Assembly (NCBI GenBank): GCA_038087875.1
Contig: CM075997.1
Location: 4,838,001-4,902,000, forward strand
Reading direction: 5' to 3'
DNA length: 64,000 bases
DNA from: Malacoraja senta
Lineage: Eukaryota
Part shown: in pieces, positions 12,075-24,072 of the stretch
Numbering within the stretch: position 1 is the first letter of the stretch
Layout: each line of letters opens with the position of its first letter
Notes under the pieces: generated by a model
The model's input: only the letters and a program-made list of their open reading frames with translations
What the model was told of the DNA's origin: nothing
Databases searched by the model: none
Translations under genes and position numbers: made by a program

Positions 12075-12795
12075 GATGAAAGAATGGATCGACTGGGCTT
12101 GTATTCACTGGAATTTAGAAGGATGAGAGGGAGACCTCACAGAAACATATAAAATTCTGGGGGTGGGAGATTGCAACCTTCACGTGGTCTGCCCTGCTGC
12201 AACGCATGCACAATCAAATAAGATCAAATAGAACATGTTGTCCTACAACTTTAGGCTGTGCACGCCATACGCAAGAAGAAGAAGTGGATATACAATTCTT
12301 AAGGGATTGGACACGCTAGATGGAGGAAAAATGTTCCTGATCTTGGGGGAGCCCAGAGCCAGGGGTCACACAGTTTAAGAATAATGGGTAGGCCATTTAG
12401 GACTGAGGTGAAGAAAAACGTTTTCACCCAGAGAGTTGTGAATCTGTGGAATTCTCTGCCACAGAAGGCAGTGGAGGACAATTCACTGGATGTTTTCAAG
12501 AGAGAGTTAGATACAGCTCTTAGGGCTAACAGAATCAAGGGATATGGGGAGAAAGCAGGAACGGGGTACTGATTCTGGATGATCAGCCATGATCGTATTG
12601 AATGGCGGTGCTGGCTCGAAGGGCCGAATGGGCTACTCCTGCACCTATTTTCTATGTTTCTAATTCTCATGGAGGGATCTGTTGTTTCTCTGGTTGTGTA
12701 CAGATTTTGGATGATCAGCCATGATCGTATTGAATGGCGGTGCTGGCTTGAAGGGCCGAATGGGCTCCTCCTACATCTATTTTCTGTTTCTATGT
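12075..12795 (+). mobile_element. CR1 3' fragment with nested insertion and duplicated 3' UTR
   Basis: LGLYSLEFRRMRGDL...NLWNSLPQKAVE...GYGEKAGTGY*; the 3' UTR is repeated at about 12703-12795. Confidence 0.85.
12159..12284 (+). mobile_element. Short non-autonomous retroposon with RTE-X 3' tail
   Basis: (GAA)n end; 25-nt identity with the RTE-X end at 10456-10480; near-TSD atataaaattct / atatacaattct. Confidence 0.65.
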
Positions 12796-13589
12796 GTCTC
12801 GGTCACACACACACACAAACACACGCACAGCCTCCAGCCAGGTCGTTAAACACTGGTAAATGAGCTCGTATCAATTTCAAAAGGATTTTCGCAAAGACAC
12901 CTTAAGTTGCCCGCTGTACATGATGAGAGGGGTTTCCACATGTGTTAGGACTACATCGTGATTTTCTGGATCGCTAGCACAAAAAATGACATCATTCTGT
13001 AGTTCTACGCGCTGTCGACAACTGCCCACATCTGGCCACCATCCCCCGATCCTGCGGATGAGATCATGTACCCAATGATACCACCTCGTCCATCTCAGTG
13101 TAATCTGACGAAAGACAGAAAATGCTGGAGTAGCTCGGCGGGACAGGCAGCATCTCTGGAGAGAAGGAATGGGTGACGTTTTTCGCTTCGAGACCCTTCT
13201 TCAGCCCTGACCCGAAACGTCACCCATTCCTTCTCTCCAGAGATGCTGGCTGTTCTGCTGAGTTACTCCAGCATTCTTGTGTCTATCTTTGGTTTAAACC
13301 AGCATCTGCAGTTCCTTCCTACATATTTCCTCTGTGTAATCTGACCCTGCTTCACCTCAAGGGCATAGTCTCCCCATTCCGAAAGCATTGGATCCTAAGA
13401 CCTTGATTGTACAATGAGCAGGTCAAATAGGGGCCAACATCTCAATACCCTTATCATGTATCTATTCGCTGTGAATGGCTCGATTGTAATCATGTATTGT
13501 CTTTCTGCTGACTGGTTAGCACGCAACAAAAAGCTTTTCACTGTACCTCGGTACACGTTACCATAAACAAACCTGACTGACTGACTGAC

Positions 13590-13915
13590 TAGGTAGACAA
13601 AAATGCTGGAGAAACTCAGCAGGTGAGGCAGCATCTAAGGAGCGAAGGAAATAGGCGACGTTTCAGGTCGAGACCCTTCTTCAGACTGATGTGAGGGTGG
13701 GGGGGGGGGGGGGGGTGGGTGCGGGGAGAAGAAAGGAAGAGGCGGAGACAGTGGGCTGTGGGAGAGCTGGGAAGGAGAGGGGAAAGAAAGAGAAAGCAGG
13801 GACTACCTGAAATTGGAGAAGTCAATGTTCATACCGCTGGGGTGTAAACTACCCAAGCGAAATATGAGGTGATGCTCCTCCAATTTGCGGTGGGACTCAC
13901 TCTGGCCGTGGAGGA
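13590..13915 (-). mobile_element. Penelope-like 3' end with GIY-YIG C-terminal tail
   Basis: Reverse strand reads KLEEHHLIFRLGSLHPSGMNIDFSNFR* followed by the same UTR as 10930-11100. Confidence 0.8.
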
Positions 13916-14054
13916 CTGACTGACTAGTGTGACTTATACTCATTCAAACTTACAGCCACAGTTATCTAGATTCATGTAATGCCTTCAGACCCGACATCAC
14001 CGCTATTAGGGCGATGATAGCGTCTTTTGCGAAAATAGACACAAAGTTCTGTGG

Positions 14055-14421
14055 TAACTCAGCGGGTCAGGCAGCATCTCTGGAGAACATGGATAGGTGA
14101 CGTTTCACAGAGTGCTGGAGTAACTCAGCGGGTCAGGCAGCATCTCTGGAGAACATGGATAGGTGACGTTTCACAGAGTGCTGGAGTAACTCAGCGGGTC
14201 AGGCAGCATCTCTGGAGAACATGGATAGGTGACGTTTCACAGAGTGCTGGAGTAACTCAGCGGGTCAGGCAGCATCTCTGGAGAACATGGATAGGTGACG
14301 TTTCACAGAGTGCTGGAGTAACTCAGCGGGTCAGGCAGCATCTCTGGAGAACATGGATAGGTGACGTTTCACAGAGTGCTGGAGTAACTCAGCGGGTCAG
14401 GCAGCATCTGTGGAGAACATG
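14055..14421. repeat. 66-bp minisatellite (about 5.5 near-identical copies) made from the Penelope-derived repeat
   Basis: Unit ctggagtaactcagcgggtcaggcagcatctctggagaacatggataggtgacgtttcacagagtg; gives the 22-aa repeat in ORF 14051-14422. Confidence 0.95.
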
Positions 14422-14827
14422 AATTGTTATAATGGTTCAATGGTACTTTATTTGTCACATGTGCTGAGGTACAGTGACATATATTTTTGCATACAAGTTG
14501 GTACACGGATCACTGTACATAAGCGCTTCGATACATCTTAGGTAAGCACCTAGATACATCTCAGATACAGTACAAGTGTATAGTAGCAGTACATTGAGAT
14601 GGTATATAGTAAATATATTCATTGTTCTTTATCTCTCCACACATCATTGTCTATAGCTCTCATTTCCCTTTTCCCCAACTAGTCTGAAGAAGGGTCTCGA
14701 CCCATTCCTTCTCTCCGGAGATGCTGGCTGTCCCACTGAGTTACTCCAGCAGTTTTTGAGTGAGTTACTACGGCAGTTTTTCGTCTTGAACTAACATGTC
14801 CAGCAAAAGATGAACCTATACAGATAG

Positions 14828-15087
14828 TTTAGTTCAGAGATAGAGCGGAAACAGGCCCTTTGGCCCACCGAGTCCGCGCCGACCAGCGATCCCCGCACAT
14901 TAACACCATCCTACACATACTGGGGACAATTTTACATTTTTAACCGAGCCAATGAACCTACATACCTGTACGTCTTTGGAATGTGGGAGGAAACTGGAGA
15001 TCTTGGAGGAAACCAACGTGGTCACGAGAACGCACAAACTCCGTACAGACAGCACCCGTAGTCGGGATCGAACCCGGGTCTCTGGCT
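14828..15087 (-). mobile_element. tRNA-V SINE
   Basis: Consensus match, reverse strand. Confidence 0.8.
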
Positions 15088-15241
15088 CCGACCATTCCCA
15101 CATTATGGGGTGGCACGATGGCGCAGCGGTAGAGTTGCTGCCTCACTGCGCCAGAGACCCGGGTTCAATCCTCGGAACGCAGGAGGATGAGGGGCGATCT
15201 TATTGAGGTGTCTAAAATCATGAGAGGAATAGATCGGGTAG

Positions 15242-15683
15242 ATACATAGATACATAGAAAATAGGTGCAGGAGTAGGCCATTCGGCCCTTCGAGCCTGCA
15301 CCGCCATTCAATATGATCATGGCTGATCATCCAACTCAGTATCCTGTACCTGCCTTCTCTCCATACCCCCTGATCCCTTTAGCCACAAGGGCCACATCTA
15401 ACTCCCTCTTAAATATAGCCAATGAACTGGCCTCAACTACCCTCTGTGGCAGAGAGTTCCAGAGATTCACCACTCTCTGTGTGAAAAAGTTTTTCCTCAT
15501 CTCGGTCTTAAAGGATTTCCCCCTTATCCTTAAGCTGTGACCCCTTGTCCTGGACTTCCCCAACATCGGGAACAATCTTCCTGCATCTAGCCTGTCCAAC
15601 CCCATAAGAATTTTATACGTTTCTATAAGATCCCCTCTCAATCTCCTAAATTCTAGCGAGTATAAGCCAAGTCTATCCAGTCT
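15242..15683 (-). mobile_element. CR1 3' fragment nested antisense in another CR1 fragment (15178-15847, +)
   Basis: RLDRLGLYSLEFRRLRGDLIETYKIL...GYGEKAGTGY*; the host resumes at tagatgcacagtctc. Confidence 0.85.
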
Positions 15684-16449
15684 GTAGATGCACAGTCTCT
15701 TGCCCACAGTAGGTTGATCGAGGACCAGAGGACGTAGGTTTAAGGTGAAGGGGAAAAGATTGAGTAAGAATCTGAGGGGTAACTTTTTCACACAAAAGAT
15801 GGCGGGTGTATGGAACCAGCTGCCAGAGGAGGTAGTTGAGGCTGGGAGTAATTGTCTTGGTATAAGTGTAAGTTGTCCCTAATGTGTGTGTGGGATAGTG
15901 TGCGGGGATCGCTGGTCGGCGCGGACTCGGTGGGCCGAAGGGCCTGTTTCTAATCTGCGCTGTATCTCTAAACTAAACTAAATCTAGTGAGGAGTAGCAA
16001 ACTCCAGCCCAGATTCGCAGGCCTTGCTACCTCACACTGAGCAGCCGAAGGCTTCAGCAAAGGAGGCGTAAATGGATTAAAGGCTTAAGCTGGGATACGG
16101 CAATTCACATGAAGATAATTACAGGGCAATTTGGTCCCCAGCAGGGTGTGACAGGATGGAGTTTATAAGTTACATTCAAGGCTGGGACCAACTGTGCAAA
16201 CAACACAATACTCTTCCACAACACTCTCCGATCACCAGGGAATGTCTCTCTGTGCACAGCCCACCAGAAAGGGCCCCACCTCCAGAGCGCAGGAGGATGA
16301 AGGGTGATCTTGTGGAGATGTATAAGATCATTCGAGGAATAGATCGGGTAGATGCACACAGTTTCTTGCTCAGAGTAGGTGAATTGAGGACCAGACAGAG
16401 GCTTGGAGGAGTCTAGAACCAGGGGCCACAGTTTAAGAATAAGGGGTAA

Positions 16450-16779
16450 TAACCTTGTCCCACAGTACGAGTTCATTCCAAGAGCTCTCCCGAGTTTAAA
16501 AAACCCCAAACTCGTGGTAAGCACGGAGAATGAACGTAGCGGGTACGTCGGAGCTCGGGGACGTCTCTTAGCGGCTCATAACGCTAACGGCAGGTACTCG
16601 GGAAGACTCGCTAACGGCAGGTAAGCACGGGAAGACTCGTGAAGATTTTTCGACATGTTGAAAAATGTCCACGAGAGCCCCGAGTACCGACGAGTGGCCA
16701 TTACCGTAAATCTCCGAGTTCGAATCAGGGCAAACTCGGGAGAACTCTTGGAATGAACTCGTACAGTGGGACAGGGCTT
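16450..16779. mobile_element. PIF/Harbinger-type MITE inserted in CR1
   Basis: TIRs taaccttgtcccac / gtgggacagggctt; TAA TSD; CR1 aagggg(taa)gccgtttag is restored when it is removed. Confidence 0.8.
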
Positions 16780-17414
16780 TAAGCCGTTTAGAACGGAGAT
16801 GAGGAAACACTTTTTCACACAGAGAGCTGTGAGTCTGTGGAATTCTCTGCCTCAGAGGGCGGTGGAGGCCGGTTCTCTGGATACTTTCAAGACAGAGCTA
16901 GATAGGGCTCTTAAAGATAGTGGAGTCAGGGGATATGGGGAGAAGGCAAGAACGGGATACTGATTGGGGATGACCAGCCATGATCACATTGAATGGTGGT
17001 GCTGGCTCGAAGGGCTGAATGGCCTACTCCTGCACCTATTGTCTATTGTCGATTGTTTAAGGTGAAGGAGAAAAGATTTAATAGGAATAACTTTCACACA
17101 AGGGTGGTGGGTATATGGAACGAGCTGCCAGAGGAGGTAGTTGAGGCTGGGACTATCCCAACGTTTAACAAACAGTTAGACAGGTACATGGATAGGACAG
17201 GTTTGGGGGGATATGGACAAAAGGTGGGACTAGTGTAGCTGGGACATGTTGGCCGGTGTGGGCAAGTTGGGCCGAAGGGCCTGTTTCCACACGGTATCAC
17301 TCTGTGATTCTATGACTCTAAACTCTGCATTTTACAGAGGGTCACACATCTTCGAGTGGCAGAGTGGCACAGCTGGTAGCGTCACCGCCTCACGGCATCA
17401 GAGACCCGTGGTCA

Positions 17415-17687
17415 CCGGCACTGGCAATGAATTCCACAGACTCACCACCCTCTGACTAAAGAAATTCCTCCTCATCTCCTTCCTAAAGGTACGTCCTTTT
17501 ATTCTGAGGCTGTGGCCTCTAGTCCTAGACTCTCCCACCAGTGGAAACATCCTCTCCACATCCACTCTATCCAGGCCTTTCACTATTCGGTAAGTTTCAA
17601 TGAGGTCCCCCCTCATTCTTCTAAACTCCAGCGAGTACAGGCCCAGTGATGTCAAATGCTTATCGTACGTTAACTCAATCATTCCTG
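17415..17687 (-). mobile_element. CR1 3' fragment
   Basis: ORF 17398-17682: LGLYSLEFRRMRGDLIETYRIVKGLDRVDVERMFP. Confidence 0.85.
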
Positions 17688-18588
17688 GTGTTTAAGAAGG
17701 AACTGCAGATGCTGGAAAATCGAAGGTAGACAAAATTGATGGAGAAACTCAGCAGGTGCGGCAGCATATATGGAGCAAAGGAAATAGGCAAAGTTTTGGG
17801 TCGAGACCCTCCTTCAGAGACCCTTCTTCAGAGACCCTTCTTCAGAGACCCTTCTTCAGAGACCCTTCTTCATTCCTGGGATCAATCTTGTAAACCTCCT
17901 CTGGACCCTCTCCAGAGCCAGCACATGCTTCCTCAGATATGGGCCCCAAAACTGCTCACAATACTCTAAATGCTGACTGAACCGCACCGTATAAAGCCTT
18001 AGCGTTACATCCTTGTTTCTATATTCTAGTCCTCTTGAAATAAATGCACCAAATAAAATCCAGAATTGGTGTGTAGGCAGGATATTGCTTACGCACAGAT
18101 GAAAACCACTTGTGTAGGAAGGAACTGCAGATGCTGGTTGAAACCGAAGATAGACACAAAATGCTGGAGCAACTCAGCGGGACAGGCAGCATCTCTGGAG
18201 AGAAGGAATGGGTGACGTTTGGGGTCGAGACCCATCCTCGGACAGAGGAAGGTGTGTGAAGTCAACAGTTCCCCTACAGGCACAGTTCCTCAAAACTTTA
18301 TTTCAAGTCCGGATTATTCGGAGATCCTCTTTGAGTTCAATCAAGAAAATGTGGCGGTCGGCGACTTTAAACGGGTCGGAGACACGATGTTGCCAATTGA
18401 ATCTTGACTTGGCAACGGGTGGGAAACTCTGATCCAAATGCAACGTCTTCCAGCGAGTGGCAAGGTTACAAAGGAGGAATAGGTGTGGGAGGAATCATAC
18501 TGAGTGGGTTCAGCTGCATGAAAAAACCAACACCAATTCACTACAGACGGCTGGTGTCTGGAAATCACCACCTTAAAGCTTCTAGTAA

Positions 18589-18905
18589 AGGGGCTGTCCC
18601 ACTGTACGAGGTAATTCAAGAGCTCTCCCGAGTTAAAAAAAAAATCAAACTCATGGTAAGCACGGAGAATGTACGTAGCGGGTACGTTGGAGTTCGGGAC
18701 GCCTCTTAGCGGCTCGTAACGCTAACGGCAGGTACTCGGGAAACGCGGCAAGCTCGTGAAGACTCGTGGACATTTTTCAACATGTTGAACAATGTCCACG
18801 AGAGCCCCGAGTACCGACGGGCGGCCATTACCGTAATTCTCCGAGTTCGAATCAGGGCAAACTCGGGAGAACTCTTGAATTAGCTCGTACAGTGGGACAG
18901 GCCCC
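18589..18905. mobile_element. PIF/Harbinger-type MITE
   Basis: TIRs aggggctgtcccactgtacgag / ctcgtacagtgggacaggcccc; same body as 16450-16779. Confidence 0.8.
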
Positions 18906-19969
18906 TTTAGGTGTCAGAGGCTATGGGGAGAAGGCAGGAGAATGGGGTTAGGGGGCAGAGATAGATCAGCCATGATTGGATAGCAGAGTAGACTTGATGG
19001 GCCGAATGGCCTAATTCTACTCCTATCCCTTATGACCTCATGATCTTTAGTGAACAGAACTGCACACAATAAGGTAAGTCTGGTCTAAATAATGTTTCGC
19101 TGAAAAATATATAGTAAATAGTAATGTAAATAGTAGTTTAGTTTAGTCTAGAGATACAGCGCAGAAACAGGCCCTTCGGCCCATCGAGCCCGCGCCGATC
19201 CCCGCTCACCAACGCTATCCCACACTCTAGGAACAATTTACAAATTTCCCAAAGCCAATTAACCTACAAACCTGTGGGAAGGAACTGCAGATGCTGGTTT
19301 ATACCGGAGATAGACACAAAATGCTGGAGTAACTCAGCGGGACAGGCAGCATCTCTGGACAGATGGAATGGGTGATGTTTCGGGTCGAGACCCTTCGTCA
19401 GATTGAGAGTCAGGGGAGAGGGAGACACAGAGATATGATAGTGTAAGGTGGAGATGCCGCCTGGCCCGCTGAGTTATTCCAGCATTTTGTGTCTAACCTA
19501 CAAGCCTGCACGTCTTTGGAATGTGGGAGGAAACCGGAGCATCCAGGGAAAACCCACGCGGTCACTGGGAGAATGTACAAACTCCGTACAGACAGCACCC
19601 GTAGTCAGGATCGAACCCTGGTCTCTGGCTCTGCAAGTGCTGTAAGGCAGCAACTCTACCGCTGCGCCACCGTGCCGCCCAATGTCTATGCAAAACGCGA
19701 TTCCAAGACCAAGGGTGCTGCGGTAGAGTTGCTGCCGCACGGAGCCAGAGACCCGTGTTCGATCCAGACTACGGGTGCACATTCTCCTCGCGACCTGTGT
19801 GGGTTTTCTCCGGGTGCTCCGGTTTCCTCCTACGCTCCAAAGACGTACAAGTGTGTAGGATAATTGGCTTGGTAAAATTGTCAATTGTCCTTAGTGTGTG
19901 GAGGATAGTGCTAGTGTACGGGCATCGCTGGTCTGCGCGGATCCGGTGGGCTGAAGGGCCTGTATCACT

Positions 19970-20235
19970 AAACTAAACTTAACTAAACTAAACTAAACTA
20001 AACTAAACTTAACTAAACTAAACTAAACTAAACTTAACTAAACTAAACTAAACTTAACTAAACTAAACTTAATTAAACTAGACTAAACTATACTTAACTA
20101 AACTTAACTAAACTAAACTAAACTTAACTAAACTAAACTTAATTAAACTAAACTAAACTAAACTTAACTAAACTAAACTTAACTAAACTTAACTAAATAA
20201 ACTAAATTAAACTAAACTTAACTAAACTAAACCAA
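19970..20235 (+). repeat. (CTAAA/CTTAA)n microsatellite, tail of the SINE at 19713-19975
   Basis: Seen directly. Confidence 0.9.
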
Positions 20236-20967
20236 ATTCAGTTTAGATTAGTTTCGTTCCATTTCATTTCGAGATACAGCACGGAAACAGGCCCTTCGGC
20301 CCACCGAGTCCATTCTGACCATCTGCTAATCCACCACAGACTGAGAATTCCCATCAAAGCTTGCTAATGCTGGGCGGGCAGGTACCTATTTAAGGTCATA
20401 AGGAATAGGTGTAGAATTAATCCATTCGGCCCATCAAGTCTACTCTGCAATTCAATCATGGCTGATCTATCTCTCCCTCCTAACCCCATTCTCCTGCCTT
20501 CTCCCCATAACCCCTGACACCTGCATTGTGCTGGCATCGACTGTGGCTGTGAATTGAACCGTTGATTAATCACCGAGAGACCACGAATAACCGCAGCAGT
20601 TGAGCGCAAGGTTCCTAACATCTGTAACTTATGCAACTCTGCAAAGAAACAGGCCAGGAGAGAGGTACGAATAGGTTGCCTCATCATTAACAACAGATTT
20701 GGACTCATGCATTGAAACATTTCACTGTGCCAGCAAGCAGGATATTCTGCAGCTTTCACACAACAAAATACCCTACCGTCTACAGTAAAACAAACGTGTA
20801 TTTATGCCATTAAGGAAGGAGATATTAGGCCCTGGAGAATGAGGCAGCCTTTTTTCAATTCCCACACAGCGATAGGTTCAAAAACAATCGGGCTCGGTAC
20901 AAAGCAGAGAGATCACATCGGAGTTGCAACAGTTCAATGCTTCAATAAGGGAGACCGGTTTCAGATC

Positions 20968-21270
20968 AAGCGTCACGGTGGCGCAGCGGTAGAGTTGCTG
21001 CCTCACAGCGCCAGAGACCCGGGTTCAATCCCGACTACGGGTGCTGTCTGTACGGAGTTTGTACGTTCTCCCCGTGACCTGCGTGGGTTTTCTCCGGGTG
21101 CTCCGGTTTCCTCCCGCACTGCAAAGACCTGCAGATTTGTAGGCTTGGTCTAATTGCAAATTGTCCCCAGTTGGTGTGTAGGGTAGTGTTAGTGTGCGGG
21201 GATCGCTGGTCGGCGCGGATTCGGTGGGCCGAAGAGCCTGTTTCCGCACTGTATGTCAAACACTAAAACT
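20968..21270 (+). mobile_element. tRNA-V SINE
   Basis: Consensus match. Confidence 0.85.
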
Positions 21271-22287
21271 AGGCCTCATCTGAGACCACGGGTTGATTTT
21301 CATGATAGGGGGACAAGTACCTCATGGATTTAGTGTGCAGGAAGGAACTGCAGATGCTGGCTTAAACAGAAGACAGACACAAATGCTGGAGTAACTCGGT
21401 GGGACAGACAGCATCTCTGGAGAGAAGGAATGGGCGACGTTTCGTGTCGAGACTCTCCTTCAGATTTAGGGTAATTGAGTCTTAGAGTTACACAGCGAGG
21501 ACTCGATGGGCCAAAGGGCCTGTTTCCGCGCTGTATCTGTAAACTAAACTAAACTGTGAATCAAGGAATTGAGGCCCCAATATTCCACAAGGTGATTTTA
21601 AATTCGCTGCCTGCAAACGCAGTTTTATGGCTGAACAATGCGTTCAAGTGCGATCTCAATGTGTGTTGAGCCCTTTGATAGACCTGGAAAAATGCTTCCA
21701 TTTTCCACATGAAACATCATGGCATCTCCCCTGCGCAATGTGTTTGTTCAGCAATGCTTTTAGACTGCAGGCATGAGCAGGGTATTATCAAAGACTACAA
21801 CCGATAGGCTGCCAGCCCTGAATCTCATGCCTATCTTGTTGAAAGCCGTGATTGATTCTGTTTCCAACCACCCCTACAGGCAGTAATTCCCTGACCAAAA
21901 CTATTCTTTGTGTAAGAAAGTTGTTTCTCTTCACATGCCCCCTCATGTAATTTTTGTTTTTGGTCCCGAAAATTCATTCTCCCTGCAACCCCCCCATCCC
22001 CCTTCCAACCTCCAGTTCCCGATCAGCTGCTAATTGGAACGGCAAAGAGTGTGAGCATTGACTAGTCAACTCTGAGACCCCCCAATTATCAGGCACTCTC
22101 AGAACCTTTCTCGTTCCCAGCTACAATGCATCTTAACCCCCTTGGCCTAAGATTACGATCGGCCATTTTACCCGCTGGGAGAACAGAGGGGGGACCTGTT
22201 GTGCTTGTGTGTGGCACCATTGTCCTCGGCAACGGTAGGAGCGGACTGGGAAACACTCAAAGTTTCTCACTGTATCTCGTACACGTT

Positions 22288-22565
22288 GGGCGGTCACGGT
22301 GGCGCAGCGGTAGAGTTGCTGCCTCACATCGCTTGCGGCGCCGGTGACCCCGGTTCGATCCTGACGACGGGTGCTGTCTGTACGGAGTTTGGACGTTCTC
22401 CCCGTGACCTCCGAGATCTTCGGTCTCCTCCCACACTCCAAAGACGTGCAGGTTTGTAGGTTAATTGGCTTGGTGTGTGTGTAAATTGTCCCTGGGATTG
22501 TGCTAGTGTGCGGGGATCGCTGGTCGGTGCGAAGGGCCTGTTTCCGCGCTGTATCTCTAAACGTA
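22288..22565 (+). mobile_element. tRNA-V SINE
   Basis: Consensus match. Confidence 0.8.
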
Positions 22566-23222
22566 AACATGACGATAGTAAACCGATGCCAATACATTGC
22601 GATACATTGGGGGTGGCAGAGTGGCGCACGCAAGTAGAACTGCTTCCTTGCAGCGCCAGAGACCCAGTTTCAATCCTGGCTGTCTGTGTGGGTGCTGTCT
22701 GTGTGGAGTTTGCACGTTCTCACTGTGGTTTCCTGAAGGTGCTCCGGTTTCCTCCTACATCTCAAAGACGTGCGGGTTTGCACGTGAATTTGGCCCCTAG
22801 TGTGTTGGGAGTGGATGAGAAAGTGGGATAACGTAGAACTAGTGTGAACGGGCGATCGATCGATGGTTGGCGTGGACCCGGTGGGCCGGACTATTCCATT
22901 CAATGCCGTTCTCTTGAATTATAACGTGTAATGACTTCAGGTGCACACCCAAATAAATGTTTGTAGGAAGGAACTGCAAATGCTGGATTACAACGATGAT
23001 AGACACAAAATGCTGGAGTAACTCAGCGGGACGGGCAGCCATGTAGGCTCCCGACCCAAAACGTCATCCATTCCTTCTCTCCAGAGATGCTGCCCATCCC
23101 GCTGAGTTACTCCAGCATTTTGTGTCTATCTTCCAATCAGTTGTTACTTTGTCACAATTACATAGAAGCAATATGTTTATTACATTACATATACATAGAG
23201 ATATGTTTTCAAGAGAGAGTTA

Positions 23223-23751
23223 AGGCTCTGTCTCACGGTGTTGCGGTCATTGGCGGTGAAGCGCGGCGTCGCCGGAAGAGGGGACCGCACGTCAAACGCG
23301 AGAGCGCCGAGCCTATTCCGCGGGAGCGCCGCACGGATGCTGCGCGGGGGCCGAGTGATCTCAGTACGGCCGGTCCCACGAGCTTGCGGTGTTATAGAAA
23401 TTTGCTTCATAAAAGACAAGCGGGGCTGTGGCGGCGGTAGTGCTGATCGCGGCGCCCGTGCCTCACTGGCGGCGGCTGTGGCGGTGAGAGTTCGACTCAC
23501 GCCACTCGTGCCTCACTGGCGGAGGCTGTGGCGGTGACCGTGCTGCACTCGTGCCTCACTGGCGGCGGCTGTGCGGTAAGAAATTATTTTTGGACATTGC
23601 TGACTTTTTTTGAGCACCGTGTGGTGTTGGGACAAACGCCGTACGGCCTCGGTAGTGTGCGTTTGACCGAACCCGCGGTCTCTGGCAGTCCACGAGCGGT
23701 AGATACTTCCTGTATCAACGCCGATGACCGCAACCTCGTGAGACAGGCCTT
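23223..23751. mobile_element. GC/CpG-rich Harbinger-type MITE with variant TIR
   Basis: aggctctgtctcacg / cgtgagacaggcctt, flanked by TTA and TAA; internal repeats of gtgcctcactggcggcggctgt. Confidence 0.7.
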
Positions 23752-23754
23752 TAA

Positions 23755-24072
23755 TGGGGCTGTCCCACTGTACGAGCTAATTCAAGAGTTCTACCGAGTT
23801 TCATCTGATTCGAACTCGGAGAATTACGGTAATAGCCGCTCGTGGGTACTCGGGGCTCTCGTGGACATTTTTCAACATGTTGAAAAACCTTCATGATTCT
23901 TCCCGAGCTTACCGCGTTTCCCGAGTACCTGCCGTTAGCGTTACGAGCCGCTAAGAGACGTCCCCGAGCTCCGACGTACCCGCTACGTACATTCTACGTG
24001 CTTACCACGAGTTTGATTTTTTTTTTAACTCGGGAGAGCTCTTGAATTACCTCGCACAGTGGGACAGGGCAA
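23755..24072. mobile_element. PIF/Harbinger-type MITE abutting the previous one
   Basis: tggggctgtcccactgtacgag ... gtgggacagggcaa; inverted copy of the 18589-18905 family. Confidence 0.8.

Noticed and set aside
14055..14421. CRISPR-like array
   Set aside because: Perfect tandem units with no unique spacers, derived from a local repeat, in eukaryotic DNA.
23223..23751. CpG island or promoter
   Set aside because: The CpG richness lies entirely inside a TIR-bounded MITE.
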